Under the pieces are notes generated by a model, which did not search any database, was not told the DNA's origin, and worked only from the letters and a program-made list of their open reading frames with translations. Positions 28,401-40,249 of a stretch of 64,000 bases of DNA are shown one piece after another. The DNA is from Macrostomum lignano (lineage: Eukaryota). The stretch covers positions 34,473 through 98,472 of the forward strand of contig NIVC01002736.1 of the NCBI GenBank assembly GCA_002269645.1, given 5' to 3'. Numbering within the stretch: the first letter of the stretch is position 1; each line of letters starts with the position of its first letter. Made by a program: the position numbers and the translations under genes.

Positions 28401-31400
28401 GTCTGATTTTGCTCCGGGTATTCGTCCGGTTGGGTCGTCGTGTCGCTTTCGTTAGGTTTTAGTCTGATTTTGCCCCGGTTATTTCCCGGGTTCTGCTATT
28501 GCACTTTCATCCGGTCATTTGTCGGGTTTTATTCAGGGTACTCATCAGTTTGAGTAGCCGAAGAGAAACCCGAGAAAATACCTGATGTCCTCTACGAAAT
28601 TCCTGACGAACAACCAGACGAAACTGCCGTCTTCGTCCGTTTTCGAGACCACTTTCCCGAGGATTTTCGGGTTTTTAGATAGGAAAAAATGTATTACAAA
28701 CCGGGCAAAAATCCCGATCGCCTACCGGGCGAAAAACCTGATCAGATGGCCACACGGGTCACCTCAATCCTCACCAATTTATCCCATTCAAGTATAATCC
28801 CAATCCTCACCAATTTATCCCATTCTAGTATCATCCCAATCCTCACCAATTTATCCCATTCAAGTATCATCCCAATCCTCACCAATTTATCCCATTCTAG
28901 TATCATCCCAATCCTCACCAATTTATCCCATTCCAGTATCATCCCAATCCTCACCAATTTATCCCATTCAAGTATAATCCCAATCCTCACCAATTTATCC
29001 CATTCAAGTATCATCCCCATCCTCACCAATTTATCCCATTCCAGTATCATCCCAATCCTCACCAATTTATCCCATTCAAGTATAATCCCAATCCTCACCA
29101 ATTTATCCCATTCTAGTATCATCCCAATCCTCACCAATTCATCCCATTCTAGTATCATCCCAATCGTCACCAATTTATCCCATTCTAGTATCATCCCAAT
29201 CCTCACCAATTTATCCCATTCCAGTATTAACCCAATCCTCACCAATTCATCCCATTCTAGTATCATCCCAATCCTCACCAGTTTATCCCATTCTAGTATC
29301 ATCCCAATCCTCACCAATTTATCCCATTCCAGTATCATCCCAATCCTCACCAATTTATCCCATTCCAGTATTAACCCAATCCTCACCAATTTATCCCATT
29401 CAAGTATAATCCCAATCCTTACCCGTTTACCAGTTATCCAAATACTAGATCCAAAATACTAATCCAAAAAAATGAATCCCAAGACGCTACTCTAATCCCC
29501 CACCCTACGCCCCATCTGCAGGCATCGGGAGTAAGTTCGGCAATCCTGTCCACTACGTTCGCAACGACGAGAAAGTTCGGCTGCCCACATTTGACCTTGA
29601 CGAGTCCGATCACAAGCTCTGGTTCACGCTGAAGGCCTTCGGCTACCAGCATATTGATAGGAAGAAAATCGATATGGTTATGGATTCCAGGTAGGCTGCG
29701 GATGAAAATGACCTTGGGGATAAAATGGGAAAAATGGAGGAGTGGGGGATAGAATGAAGATAAATGGAGGAGTGGGGGATAGAATGAGGATAAATGGAGG
29801 AGTGGGGGATAGAATGAGGATAAATGGAGGAGTGGGGGATAGAATGAGGATAAATGGAGGAGTGGGGGATAGAATGAGGATAAATGGAGGAGTGGGGATA
29901 GAATGAGGATAAATGGAGGAGTGGGGGATAGAATGAGGATAAATGGAGGAGTGGGGGATAGAATGAGGATAAATGGAGGAGTGGGGGATAGAATGAGGAT
30001 AAATGGAGGAGTGGGGGATAGAATGAGGATAAATGGAGGAGTGGGGGATAGAATGAGGATAAATGGAGGAGTGGGGGATAGAATGAGGATAAATGGGGGA
30101 GTGGGGGATAGAATGAGGATAAATGGAGGAGTGGGGGATAGAATGAGGATAAATGGAGGAGTGGGGGATAGAATGAGGATAAATGGAGGAGTGGGGGATA
30201 GAATGAGGATAAATGGAGGAGTGGGGGATAGAATGAGGATAAATGGAGGAGTGGGGGATAGAATGAGGATAAATGGAGGAGTGGGGGATAGAATGAGGAT
30301 AAATGGAGGAGTGGGGGATAGAATGAGGATAAATGGAGGAGTGGGGGATAGAATGAGGATAAATGGAGGAGTGGGGGATAGAATGAGGATAAATGGAGGA
30401 GTGGGGGATAGAATGAGGATAAATGGAGGAGTGGGGGATAGAATGAGGATAAATGGAGGAGTGGGGGATAGAATGAGGATAAATGGAGGAGTGGGGGATA
30501 GAATGAGGATAAATGGAGGAGTGGGGGATAGAATGAGGATAAATGGAGGAGTGGGGATAGAATGAGGATAAATGGAGGAGTGGGGGATAGAATGAGGATA
30601 AATGGAGGAGTGGGGGATAGAATGAGGATAAATGGAGGAGTGGGGGATAGAATGAGGATAAATGGAGGAGTGGGGGATAGAATGAGGATAAATGGAGGAG
30701 TGGGGGATAGAATGAGGATAAATGGAGGAGTGGGGGATAGAATGAGGATAAATGGAGGAGTGGGGGATAGAATGAGGATAAATGGAGGAGTGGGGGATAG
30801 AATGAGGATAAATGGAGGAGTGGGGGATAGAATGAGGATAAATGGAGGAGTGGGGGATAGAATGAGGATAAATGGAGGAGTGGGGGATAGAATGAGGATA
30901 AATGGAGGAGTGGGGGATAGAATGGGGATAATTGGAATATTGTAGGATAGAATGGGGATAAATAGATTAGTGGGGAATAGAATGGGAAATATGTTGTGGG
31001 ATAAATACCATAGATTAAAAATGCGATTATTAAATTAAAAACATGCACACCGAATCTCTCGGTCAGCGACCGATCGATCTCCACGTCGGGCCTTGAGTTG
31101 CGCAACAACCGCTGGCGCTCCGACACCACCAAGCTGCGCATCAGCGAAGCGTTTGCCGGGACCAGCCATTTCTATCTTGTCCGCCTGGTGCTGCTGAAGT
31201 CACAGTTCACCGCCGAGTTTCTCTACGAGGTTGTGCAGACAAGTGAGTAGTAGTATATGCAGCATTTTTTCAGGTTTTTATTGTTAAGGACGTATGGGGG
31301 CACTAAGGGGATGCTGTGATGGGGCACTAAGGGGCTGCTGTGATGGGGCACTGAGAGGATGCTGTGATGGGACACTGTAAGGATGCTGTGATGGGGCACT

Positions 31401-34400
31401 CTAAGGATGCTGTGATGGGGCACTAAGGATGCTGTGATGAGGCATTGAGGGATGCTGTGATGGGCCACTGAGGGGATGCTGTGATGGGCCACTGAGGGGA
31501 TGCTGTGATGGGCCATTGAGGGGATGCTGTGAGATGCTGTAATTGGGCATTAAGGATGCTGTGATGGGGCACTGAGGTGATGCTGTGATGGGGCACTGGA
31601 GGATGCTGTGATGGGACACTGAGGGGATGCTGTGATGGGGCATTAAAGATGCTGTGATGGGACACTGAGGGGATGCTGTGATGGGGCACTAAGAGGATGC
31701 TGTGATGCTTCACTACTTAAATTTTCTCCAAATCTCCCCTATTATTTCAGAGAACTCCGGCCTAGACGGGAACAAGAACTTCGAGCCGCCAGTGACATTT
31801 CGGCCGCTGCTGGTGCCAATCAACTCCGTATTTGTTCAACGGGTCTACCTGCCCTACCGAGACCAGAGTAGCGGCCAAGAGTGGATTCCCATGCCCAGCG
31901 TCACCTGGACCGCTCCCGGTGGCGCTCGAGTGCCGAGAGAGTCCGAATCGCCTAGCGCCAGAGTTCGAATTGTTCGAGACTATCATTTGCAGGTAAATAG
32001 TGGCCTGTTCGGCTCTCCCCTGCTGTCTTCCCCTCTTCCCCTCTTGCCTTCCCCTGTTCCCCTCCTGCCTTCCCTGTTCCCCTCCTGTCTTCCCCTGTTC
32101 CCCTCCTGTCTTCCCCTCTTTGCCTCCTGCCTTCCCCTCTTCCCCTCCTGTCTTCCCCTCTTCCCCTCCTGCCTTCCCCTGTTCCCCTCCTGTCTTCCCC
32201 TGTTCCCTCCTGCCTTCCCCTCTTCCCCTCCTGTCTTCCCCTCTTCCCCTCCTGTCTTCCCCTCTTCCCCTCCTGTCTTCCCCTCTTCCCCTCCTGCCTT
32301 CCCCTGTTCCCCTCCTGTCTTCCCCTGTTCCCTCCTGCCTTCCCCTCTTCCCCTCCTGTCTTCCCCTCTTCCCCTCCTGTCTTCCCCTCTTCCCCTCCTG
32401 TCTTCCCCTGTTCCCTCCTGCCTTCCCCTCTTCCCCTCCTGTCTTCCCCTCTTCCCCTCCTGTCTTCCCCTCTTCCCCTCCTGTCTTCCCCTCTTTGCCT
32501 TCCGTCTTCCCCTGTTCCCCTCCTGCCTTCCCCTGTTCCCATCCTGTCTTCCCCTGTTCTCCTCCTGCCTTCCCCTCTTCCCCTCCTGCCTTCCCCTGTT
32601 CTCCTCCTGTCTTCCCCTGTTCTCCTCCTGCCTTCCCCTGTTCCCCTCCTGTCTTCCCCTGTTCTCCTCCTGCCTTCCCCTCTTCCCCTCCTGCCTTCCC
32701 CTGTTCCCCTCCTGTCTTCCTCTCTTTGCCTCCTGCCTTCCCCTCTTTACACCTGTCTTCCCCTCTTCCCCTCCTGCCTTCCCTTTTCCCCTCCTGCCTT
32801 CCCCTCTTCCCCTCCTGTCTTCCCCTCCCTTCCCGCCTTCATGTCTTTCCCTTTCCCTCTCCCTCCTCTGCCCCCCAATCGCGCCTCCAAAATTCAAGTA
32901 CCGGTATCAGCTTCACTAAAAAAGCGTCTGTCTGTCCCACTCGGCCAGCTGGACTCGGCCCGCAAGTCGGACAGCGGCACCTACACCATTCGGCTGGAGA
33001 ACCCGGCCGGCAGCAGCGAGATGCCGCTAAGCCTGCTGGTGACCTACCCGCCCACGCTGAGCAAAGTGCCCGTCAGTAAAGTAGCCACCGAGGACGATAA
33101 AGGCTTGACAATTGCCTGTCCCTACAGTCCTGGCAATGTAGTGACACAGCTAACCAAATTCGACTGGTACAAGTACACACAGGGCTCCAGTCTGCCTGTG
33201 CTAGTGGCCAGCTCGAGTTCTGCACCAGATTCCGGCGCTGACTCTGCCGTTGTCGCCTCGTCGGCTATCGGCATGCCGACGGCGGCCAAAAGCTACAGAG
33301 TCAGTCCTGACGGAGCCCTGACCTTCCAGTCCGTGTCGCTGCACCACGCCGGAGTGTACGCCTGTCTGGCCGTGACCCGACTAGACGATCTGGGCACCCC
33401 CGTGTCGGAGAAGAGCGACTCTTCCGGCAATATTACCCTGAGCGTGAAAAGGAAATTTCAGTTGTGCCCGGCTAAGAATTCTGCTGTGCAGCTGGAGCTG
33501 AAGGCGAGTCTCTTTGCTGTCTTTTGTTGCAAATCACTGATCCCAGTCTTGAGCACATTCACTGATCCCAGTCTTGAGCACATTCACTGATCCCAGTCTT
33601 GAGCACATTCACTGATCCCAGTCTTGAGCACATTCACTGATCCCAGTCTTGAGCACATTCACTGATCCCAGTCTTGAGCACATTCACTGATCCCAGTCTT
33701 GAGCACATTCACTGATCCCAGTCTTGAGCACATTCACTGATCCCAGTCTTGAGCACATTGATTGATCCCAATCTTCAGTCCATTCATTGATCCCAGTCTT
33801 GAGCACATTTGATTGATTCCAATAATCTATAGAAGCCAAATCCACTAACAATAGAAGAATCCCACACTGGCATCCAGGTGCAAGAGACTCTAGACTGCCC
33901 CTGGTCGGGCGAGTACGCTCCCAGGATCAGCTGGTCCAGGCGCTCAGGCCCGGGCGACGCATTCCAGTCGATTCCAGTCGACACCCTGTCGGGCGGCGGC
34001 GGCAGCGGCGGCATCGAGCTGAGCCCAGACGGCACGCGGCTCACCTTTCACTACGTCTCGAAGGAGATGCGCGGCCAGTACAGAATAGTTGCCGAGGGAC
34101 CGCAGGGCCGGCTAGAGAAGATCTTCAACGTTGAGGTCGGCGCCAAGCCTGTCTTCCGGCGCATCTCGCCGAACACAACGGTGGAACTGGGCGACACTGT
34201 TCGCCTCGACTGCGAGGTGACCGGCGATCCGAGGCCGACCATCACCTGGACGTTTCGTCCGTTCGGCAGCGGCGGCGGCGTCGGCGACTACCGACCCACG
34301 GCGATCACGCAGGACATGTTCAAGCGCGACAACAGCAGCCGCCTGCTCACAGCTGACAGCCTGCGCCGGGAGGACTTGGAGAAGACCAGAAATCTGTTCC

Positions 34401-37373
34401 TATTCCCCAATGGCACGCTGATCATTCATCGGGCTACAATGGGCCACGCCGGGGAGTATCAGTGCCTAGCGGCCACTGTGTACATCCTTATGCCTAATAA
34501 GCACACTGTGCACCTTCGCGTCCTGGACCCCAACGCTGGCGAAGCGTCGGGTTCGTCTGACAAGAATTCCATGATGAAAACTGTCATCATAGTGGTGAGC
34601 TGCGCTGTCGGCTACCTGGGCCTCATCGTGTTCTTATCGATCTGCTGTACACTGAGGATGCAGCAGAAGCGGCAGAAACGATCGGACAACATGCAGCTGC
34701 AGGAGCAGCAACAGCAGCAACAGCAGCAGCAGCAGTTCGTCCATCCTCAGCAGCAGCCAATGTTGACCTGCGCAGCAACTTCCACCATGCTGACCAGCAA
34801 TGGCTTCAGCAATAGCGGAGCCGCTAAAAAGCAGAAACAGCATCAGCAGCCGCAGCAGCAGCAGCAGCACCTGTTTATGAATCGGCTTCGCGACTCACCT
34901 GGCGGAGTTGGCGGAGGCTATTATGAGTCAGCCGAATCGGGCAGGTCTCTGCAACAGCTGCAGCCGGAGTACAAGACTCTGCTGAGCCAGAGCGGCAGGT
35001 ACAGCCCGCCGAGAGCCGACCTCATCTACGACGGCAACAGTGTTAGCGGCATCAGCAGCTCGTTGCAGTCTACCTATGGCCGGTTGAGAACTAATACTCC
35101 CGCTAATTCCATTATTGAGACTACTCTGGACCGGCTCTGCCGAACCCATCAGACAGATAGGAAGCTCATTCAGTACAGGCCTGGGATTCTGGGTGAGTGC
35201 AACTGTATTTTCAGTTATTGCAGATCGTTGATAGATATTGAAGATCCTTGATAGATATTGTAGATCGTTCTTAGATATTGCAGATCGTTGGTAGATATTG
35301 CAGATCCTTGATAGATATTGTAGATCGTTCTTAGATATTGCAGATCGTTGATAGATATTGAAGATCGTTGATAGATATTGCAGATCCTTGATAGATATTG
35401 TAGATAGTTCTTAGATATTGCAGATCGTTGATAGATATTGAAGATCGTTGATAGATATTGCAGATCCTTGATAGATATTGTAGATCGTTCTTAGATATTG
35501 CAGATCGTTGGTAGATATTGCAGATCCTTGATAGATATTGTAGATCGTTCTTAGATATTGCAGATCGTTGATAGATATTGCAGATCCTTGATGGATATTG
35601 TAGATCGTTCTTAATATTGCAGATCGTTGGTAGATATTGCAGATCCTTGATTGATATTGCTGATCGTTGTTCTAGATATTGCAGATAGTTTATAGATATT
35701 GGAGATAGATCGTTAGTAGATATAGGGAATGTATATATAGATATCAGAAATAGATGTAGAGATGTTCAAAGACAGACATGTAGAAGATGAAAAGTAAAGA
35801 AATGAATATCGACAGTTGCTATATGCTGTAAGAGCGAGCGAGTAGATAATATTAATAAATTATGTAGCTTAAAGTCAATAAGATAGCGTAAAACCCTACT
35901 TTCGCTACTGACCACGCTTGACAAGTAGTATACATGGAAAATTTCTATCACAAAACACTGTTCACCAGGTCGCGGCCTATTTGGCACAGTCCGTATCGGC
36001 ACTCTAAACGGTGCCACGGTGCTGATCAAGGAGCTGACCACCGACGATCCTCAATTGACAGCCCAATTCGTTGAACAGATGAAATTATTCAACAAATGCG
36101 ATCACGATTACGTCACTCGCTTTGTCGGAATCTGCATCGATAGCAACCCGATGGAGGCTCCGCTCATGCTGCTGGAGTACTGCGAATATGTGAGTAACTG
36201 GGTCGAATAGGGATTTGGCGTAGCTTTTCACCTTTATTTATGAGAACTGGCAGCTGTGAAACAATATTGGGATTTAGGGAGGAAGGCTGGGATATAAAAA
36301 TAAGTATTGGGATCTTCGGGATGAGGATTGTGATCATCGAAATGAGGGTTGTGATCTTCGGGATGACGATTGGATCTTATGGATGAGGATTGCGGTTTAG
36401 GGATGAGGATTGGGATCTTCGGGATGAGGATTGGGGTTTAGGGATGAGGATTGGGAATTGGGATCTTCGGGATGAGGATTGGGGTTTAGGGATGAGGATT
36501 GGGATCTTCGGGATGAGGATTGGGGTTTAGGGATGAGGATTGGGGTTTAGGGATGAGGATTGGGATCTTCGGGATGAGGATTGGGGTTTAGGGATGAGGA
36601 TAGGGATCTTCGGGATGAGGATTGGGATCTCAGAGTTATTGGAACTGGGCTCCAACAGGTGTGGCTTGGGATTTGTTAGTAACCATTAGGATATCCAAAA
36701 AAGGAATCCCTATTTTCATTACTTTCATTATAATTCATTCCCATCACCCTGAAACGCGCAGAACAACCTGTTCGAAGTACTGACCGGCCTTAAAAAGCAC
36801 GGCGAGCACTTATCCAAAGATCACCTGGTGCGAATGTGCCTCCAAGTAGCCCAGGCATTGGAGCACATGCACTGTCTCGGCTTCGTTCACGGCGACATCG
36901 GCTGTCGCAATGTCCTAGTCGCTCAGGAGTACAACCTGAAGTTGACCAACCTGGGCCCCTGTCTGGACCGGTTCACCGGTCAGTACGCCCGCAGCAGCCA
37001 GGGCACCCTGCTGCCGATTCGCTGGCTGCCGCCGGAGGCCACCGCCTACGGCCAGTTCGGCATCAAAACGGACGTCTGGTCCTTCGGCGTCCTCGTCTGC
37101 GAAGTCTTCGGCATGGGCCGGCGGCCGTTCGCCCGACTCAGCGACTCCGAGCTGCTCGCCGCAGCTGCCAACGCGGCCGCAGCGGCTGCCGCTTCGTCGG
37201 CCGCGGCAGTTTCGGCTGCGGCCGGATTTCGGCCGGACCAACCGGACACGTGTCCGACTGAGCTGGCCCCTGTGCTAGACAGGTGCTGGAGTCTGGCCGC
37301 GGACAGACGGCCAACAGCCGGACAGATTGTGACCGAGGTGTCGCAGCTCACCAGGGATATGGCCGACGTGTGA
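19412..37373 (+). CDS. PTK7: PTK7/off-track-like receptor tyrosine pseudokinase (7 Ig-like domains, TM, polyQ juxtamembrane region, kinase-like domain); exons 19412-19765, 24871-25012, 25926-26116, 29522-29690, 31067-31242, 31751-31992, 32949-33503, 33878-35192, 35969-36189, 36762-37373
   Basis: The ten exons join in one frame (3977 nt, ~1324 aa plus a missing 5' exon) with matching intron phases and AG/GT sites (one GC donor). Ig motifs LECQL..RWFLNG..SGVYHC and [21 protein letters not shown]; [24 protein letters not shown]; kinase [21 protein letters not shown] replaced by [21 protein letters not shown]. Confidence 0.88.
19885..20645. repeat. Intronic polypyrimidine repeat (TTCCCCTC-based)
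   Basis: Read directly. Confidence 0.93.
21620..22880. repeat. Intronic 21-bp minisatellite ATTCCAAATCCCATAATCCAG
   Basis: Read directly. Confidence 0.93.
23600..24180. repeat. Intronic 15-bp minisatellite CACTATTCGAATCCT
   Basis: Read directly; 5-aa period NPHYS. Confidence 0.93.
25060..25810. repeat. Intronic G-rich 20-21 bp minisatellite GGGATGGGGATGGATCAATT
   Basis: Read directly. Confidence 0.93.
27262..28758. mobile_element. Non-autonomous EnSpm/CACTA(CMC)-type DNA transposon, 1497 bp
   Basis: 35-bp TIR CCCGTGTGGCCATCCGATCAGGTTTTTCGCCCGGT with one mismatch on the right; CCC...GGG termini; 2-bp TSD TC (27260-61 and 28759-60); subterminal CCGG / CCAGGCGAA motifs; internal 61-bp tandem x5. 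Confidence 0.8.
28177..28481. repeat. 61-bp tandem repeat x5 inside the EnSpm-like element
   Basis: Units start at 28177, 28238, 28299, 28360, 28421. Confidence 0.93.
29730..30980. repeat. Intronic 30-bp purine-rich minisatellite GAGGATAAATGGAGGAGTGGGGGATAGAAT
   Basis: Read directly; 10-aa period [10 protein letters not shown]. Confidence 0.95.
31295..31710. repeat. Intronic degenerate 22-24 bp minisatellite GGATGCTGTGATGGGGCACTAAG
   Basis: Read directly. Confidence 0.9.
32015..32870. repeat. Intronic polypyrimidine ~21-bp repeat CTTCCCCTCTTCCCCTCCTGT
   Basis: Read directly. Confidence 0.92.
33535..33810. repeat. Intronic 25-bp minisatellite ACTGATCCCAGTCTTGAGCACATTC
   Basis: Read directly; lies in the GC-AG intron. 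Confidence 0.93.
35215..35700. repeat. Intronic 20-bp minisatellite GATAGATATTGCAGATCGTT
   Basis: Read directly. Confidence 0.93.
36310..36630. repeat. Intronic 20/21-bp minisatellite GGATGAGGATTGGG(ATCTTCG/GTTTAG)
   Basis: Read directly. Confidence 0.9.
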
Positions 37374-37524
37374 GAGAAGCGCTGCCGCTTCTAGGAGACA
37401 GACAGCTGCCACTTGCCTGGCTGCCAGTTACTGTGCTTATCAGTTTTTATGATGATCAGTCAGCTGCTGCCTGCGCTGCGGGCAACTGGCGATATTGTAT
37501 GCACAATGTCTTTCCTGTCTTGGG

Positions 37525-37596
37525 ACTGTCTGTGTCTGTCTGTCTGTGCCTGTCTGTCTGTGCCTGTCTGTCTGTCTGTGTCTGTCTGTCTGTGCC

Positions 37597-37655
<59 letters not shown>

Positions 37656-37815
37656 GTCTGTCTGTCTGCCTGTCTGTCTGTCTGTGCCTGTCTGTCTGTA
37701 AGCTGTGTCTGTCTGTCTGTGCCTGTCTGTCTGTATGTCTGCCTGTCTGTCTGTGTCTGTCTGTCTGTGCCTGTCTGTCTGCCTTAGTGTGTCTGCCTTT
37801 GTGTCTGTCTGTGCC

Positions 37816-37870
<55 letters not shown>
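37525..37870. repeat. (GTCT)n microsatellite just downstream of the PTK7 stop (probable 3' UTR)
   Basis: Read directly. Confidence 0.93.
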
Positions 37871-39095
37871 TAAGCAGCTAGATAACAAGCTATGAGTATA
37901 TTTCCTAACTGATCTCGTTTGTTCAAGCCTATGAGTTCTTCAAACTGTCATATTGTCAGACAGCGTTAGTCTAACCGGTATCCAATACAATCGATATGTA
38001 GAGGATTAAATCTTGGCTTGAAAAGAATTTTTTTTAAAAATCATGTTTTAAACATACGCCAAGCCTTATATAAACGTTAATGACTTGTGCTATGTGTTGC
38101 TATGTGTGAATGTTTTTTTAGCCAGCTTTTCGACCTGTCACTCATACATGTATATTGCCGCCTAATGTCCTTCACTGGCTTTGACGCTGTGTAAGCCAGT
38201 ATTGTCTATACTTCAAATAATCTGTTTGTAAATTATTAAAAACTTGTCTTTTGATCGCACAATTGGCAAATGGTTGCAATAGGCGTTAAATAGGTGGCAT
38301 CCTACTGAACAAAGTAGCGCTTATCAGTAGTAACAGTAGGCTTTCTCTCGAAATTTTTATGAAATTACAGTTCTTATCATTTTATGTCGAATTGAAAGAG
38401 TTGCTCGAATCTGTGTTTTGCTGGGTTCTTCTCTGCTTACTTTTGCTTTTATTTTTTATCAGTCTGATTCTCGTATTAATAACTGGCAGTTTTTGTTCGC
38501 CTCTCAATTTTATGCCGTGTACAAAATTATGAAAATGGTCCCGTGTTTGCTTTAATATTGTATTACTCCTATAGTTTCAGCTTCTGTGTGTTTATATGCA
38601 TTCATGAGCGTCTGTCGTTTGATTATATTCTAATGTAGTAGAGTCAAATTTTCTTTCTCGACTATAAATACATGTATGCATGTAATAAATAGTGGAGCTT
38701 ACAACTTGCGGCCGTGTGTGTACTATGGTGTGCGACACTGCTTTACAGGCTTAGAATCGCTTTTGAAAAAAATTAAAAAATTTGAATTGACTATTTCGAA
38801 TTCATCTTAGAGTTATTTATGTTATTTATGGCCTGCCATGGAGCAAACAGGTCGCCTTTTGGCAATTAGTGATGATAGTGAGAGCTACAGTATACATAGA
38901 AATAAGCATATCAGAGAACAATTTGCACACTAAGCATTTTACAACTGCACATGTACATGTAAATGGACGTACGTGTAGAAAAGAAATAAAAAAATACAGA
39001 ATCGATTAGTAGTACATGTAAATCTGATTCAGCACCCTAGACAGACCCAAAGTGTACACTGCAATGTAAGTGAGGCTCACCGTTTTAGTGTACTT

Positions 39096-40249
39096 GTTGT
39101 TAAACGAGGGTGGGAAGCATTGCTACCCGCGGATCAGCCCGGGGTGGGCTCTGCCGCGAGGGGCACTACCAGGGGCCAAGGCATTAACTGTCCAGGGCCC
39201 GAGATACCCCATGGATGCATTGGGATTGGACCCGGCTCAAAGCGCGGTAGGGCGAGTTGACCCAAACCTACGGTACAAGACACCGCCAAACCAACAGTGG
39301 AATCAGGGACGGTGCTAGGACCGAGTCCACCCAGGCCACCCCCCCCCCCAGCTAGCGAGAGTCTTTGGGAGTGCGCAGAAAAATTGGAGAGCGAAATGCT
39401 TGGAATACTACTAAGAAAGCGGTCCGAGTGAGGAGTTACTCCTAAACCTGCGGAAATGGCTTAAACTATTGGAGCGAGTCTGGGCAGCTAATTACCAAGT
39501 GCGATCCTGACAGGGCACCCTGAAGGTCTCAAGCCTAAAGGCTTTTCACTACCCAGCTCTATTTTGGAGTGAGTCTGGAAGGCTTGTATCCGAGGGGGAG
39601 ACTCCAGGCGGGAAGACCGTCCACCTCTATTGCTGCCAACCCAAGGGCATCGCCTAACCGCTCATTATTGGGGGCCGGGCCAAGGGGTCGGGAGAAGAGG
39701 CACCCAGGGCAAGAGGACTCCGGACTCAGCCGGTTGTCTCCGGTTCGGGACGAACATCCTTCCCAGGATACCAATCCACTGTCAGGATGAGAGCCAGAGA
39801 CACGCAAGCAGGGACCTTCAGCAGGAGCCAGGAGATGGACCCGAGGACAGGGCAAGATGGACCGGGCGAGGGCAGAGCTCAAAACTCCGAAGATTGGAAG
39901 GCTTCTAGTGGCCAGATAAAAGGTTAAAAGAATAAAAGCCACAAAGGCACAAAGCTAAGGGATAAAACAGCGCTGGGATGCCAGCCCAGAAAAAAGAATG
40001 GCAGAAAGGAGGAGCACCATAGCCCTAATGCAGGCAGCTTGCCGACCTGCAACCCGGGTGCTCAGCCTCAGGGCTGGCAGTCTACTGGGTCTACCGTACA
40101 CCTTTGTGAATTGGTCATTCTTTCCTGCAGGGCGGGTACGACCGGGGGGCTCAGTCCCGTCCTAGCCACACTGCAGTCCAGAGAACCTACTCACTACGGG
40201 CACCACCCCCCCTAAACCAAGGCCGAGGGCCGAAATTCTTTTAGTGTTA
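39096..40249 (-). mobile_element. Unclassified GC-rich retroposon-like insert (non-autonomous LINE/SINE-like) with 14-bp TSD
   Basis: GTTTTAGTGTACTT is duplicated at 39082-39095 and 40250-40263; abrupt GC rise relative to AT-rich flanks; on the - strand it ends in a short AACAAC(AA) tail; no RT ORF seen. Confidence 0.6.

Larger units (their letters stand above)
26150..29420. repeat. Intronic 36-bp minisatellite ATCCTCACCAATTTATCCCATTCTAGTATCATCCCA, interrupted at 27262-28758 by a DNA transposon
   Basis: Read directly; 12-aa period; same unit on both sides of the insert. Confidence 0.93.

Noticed and set aside
40218-40236. GGCC-GAG-GGCC-GAAA as a hammerhead stem II
   Set aside because: No CUGANGA box upstream.
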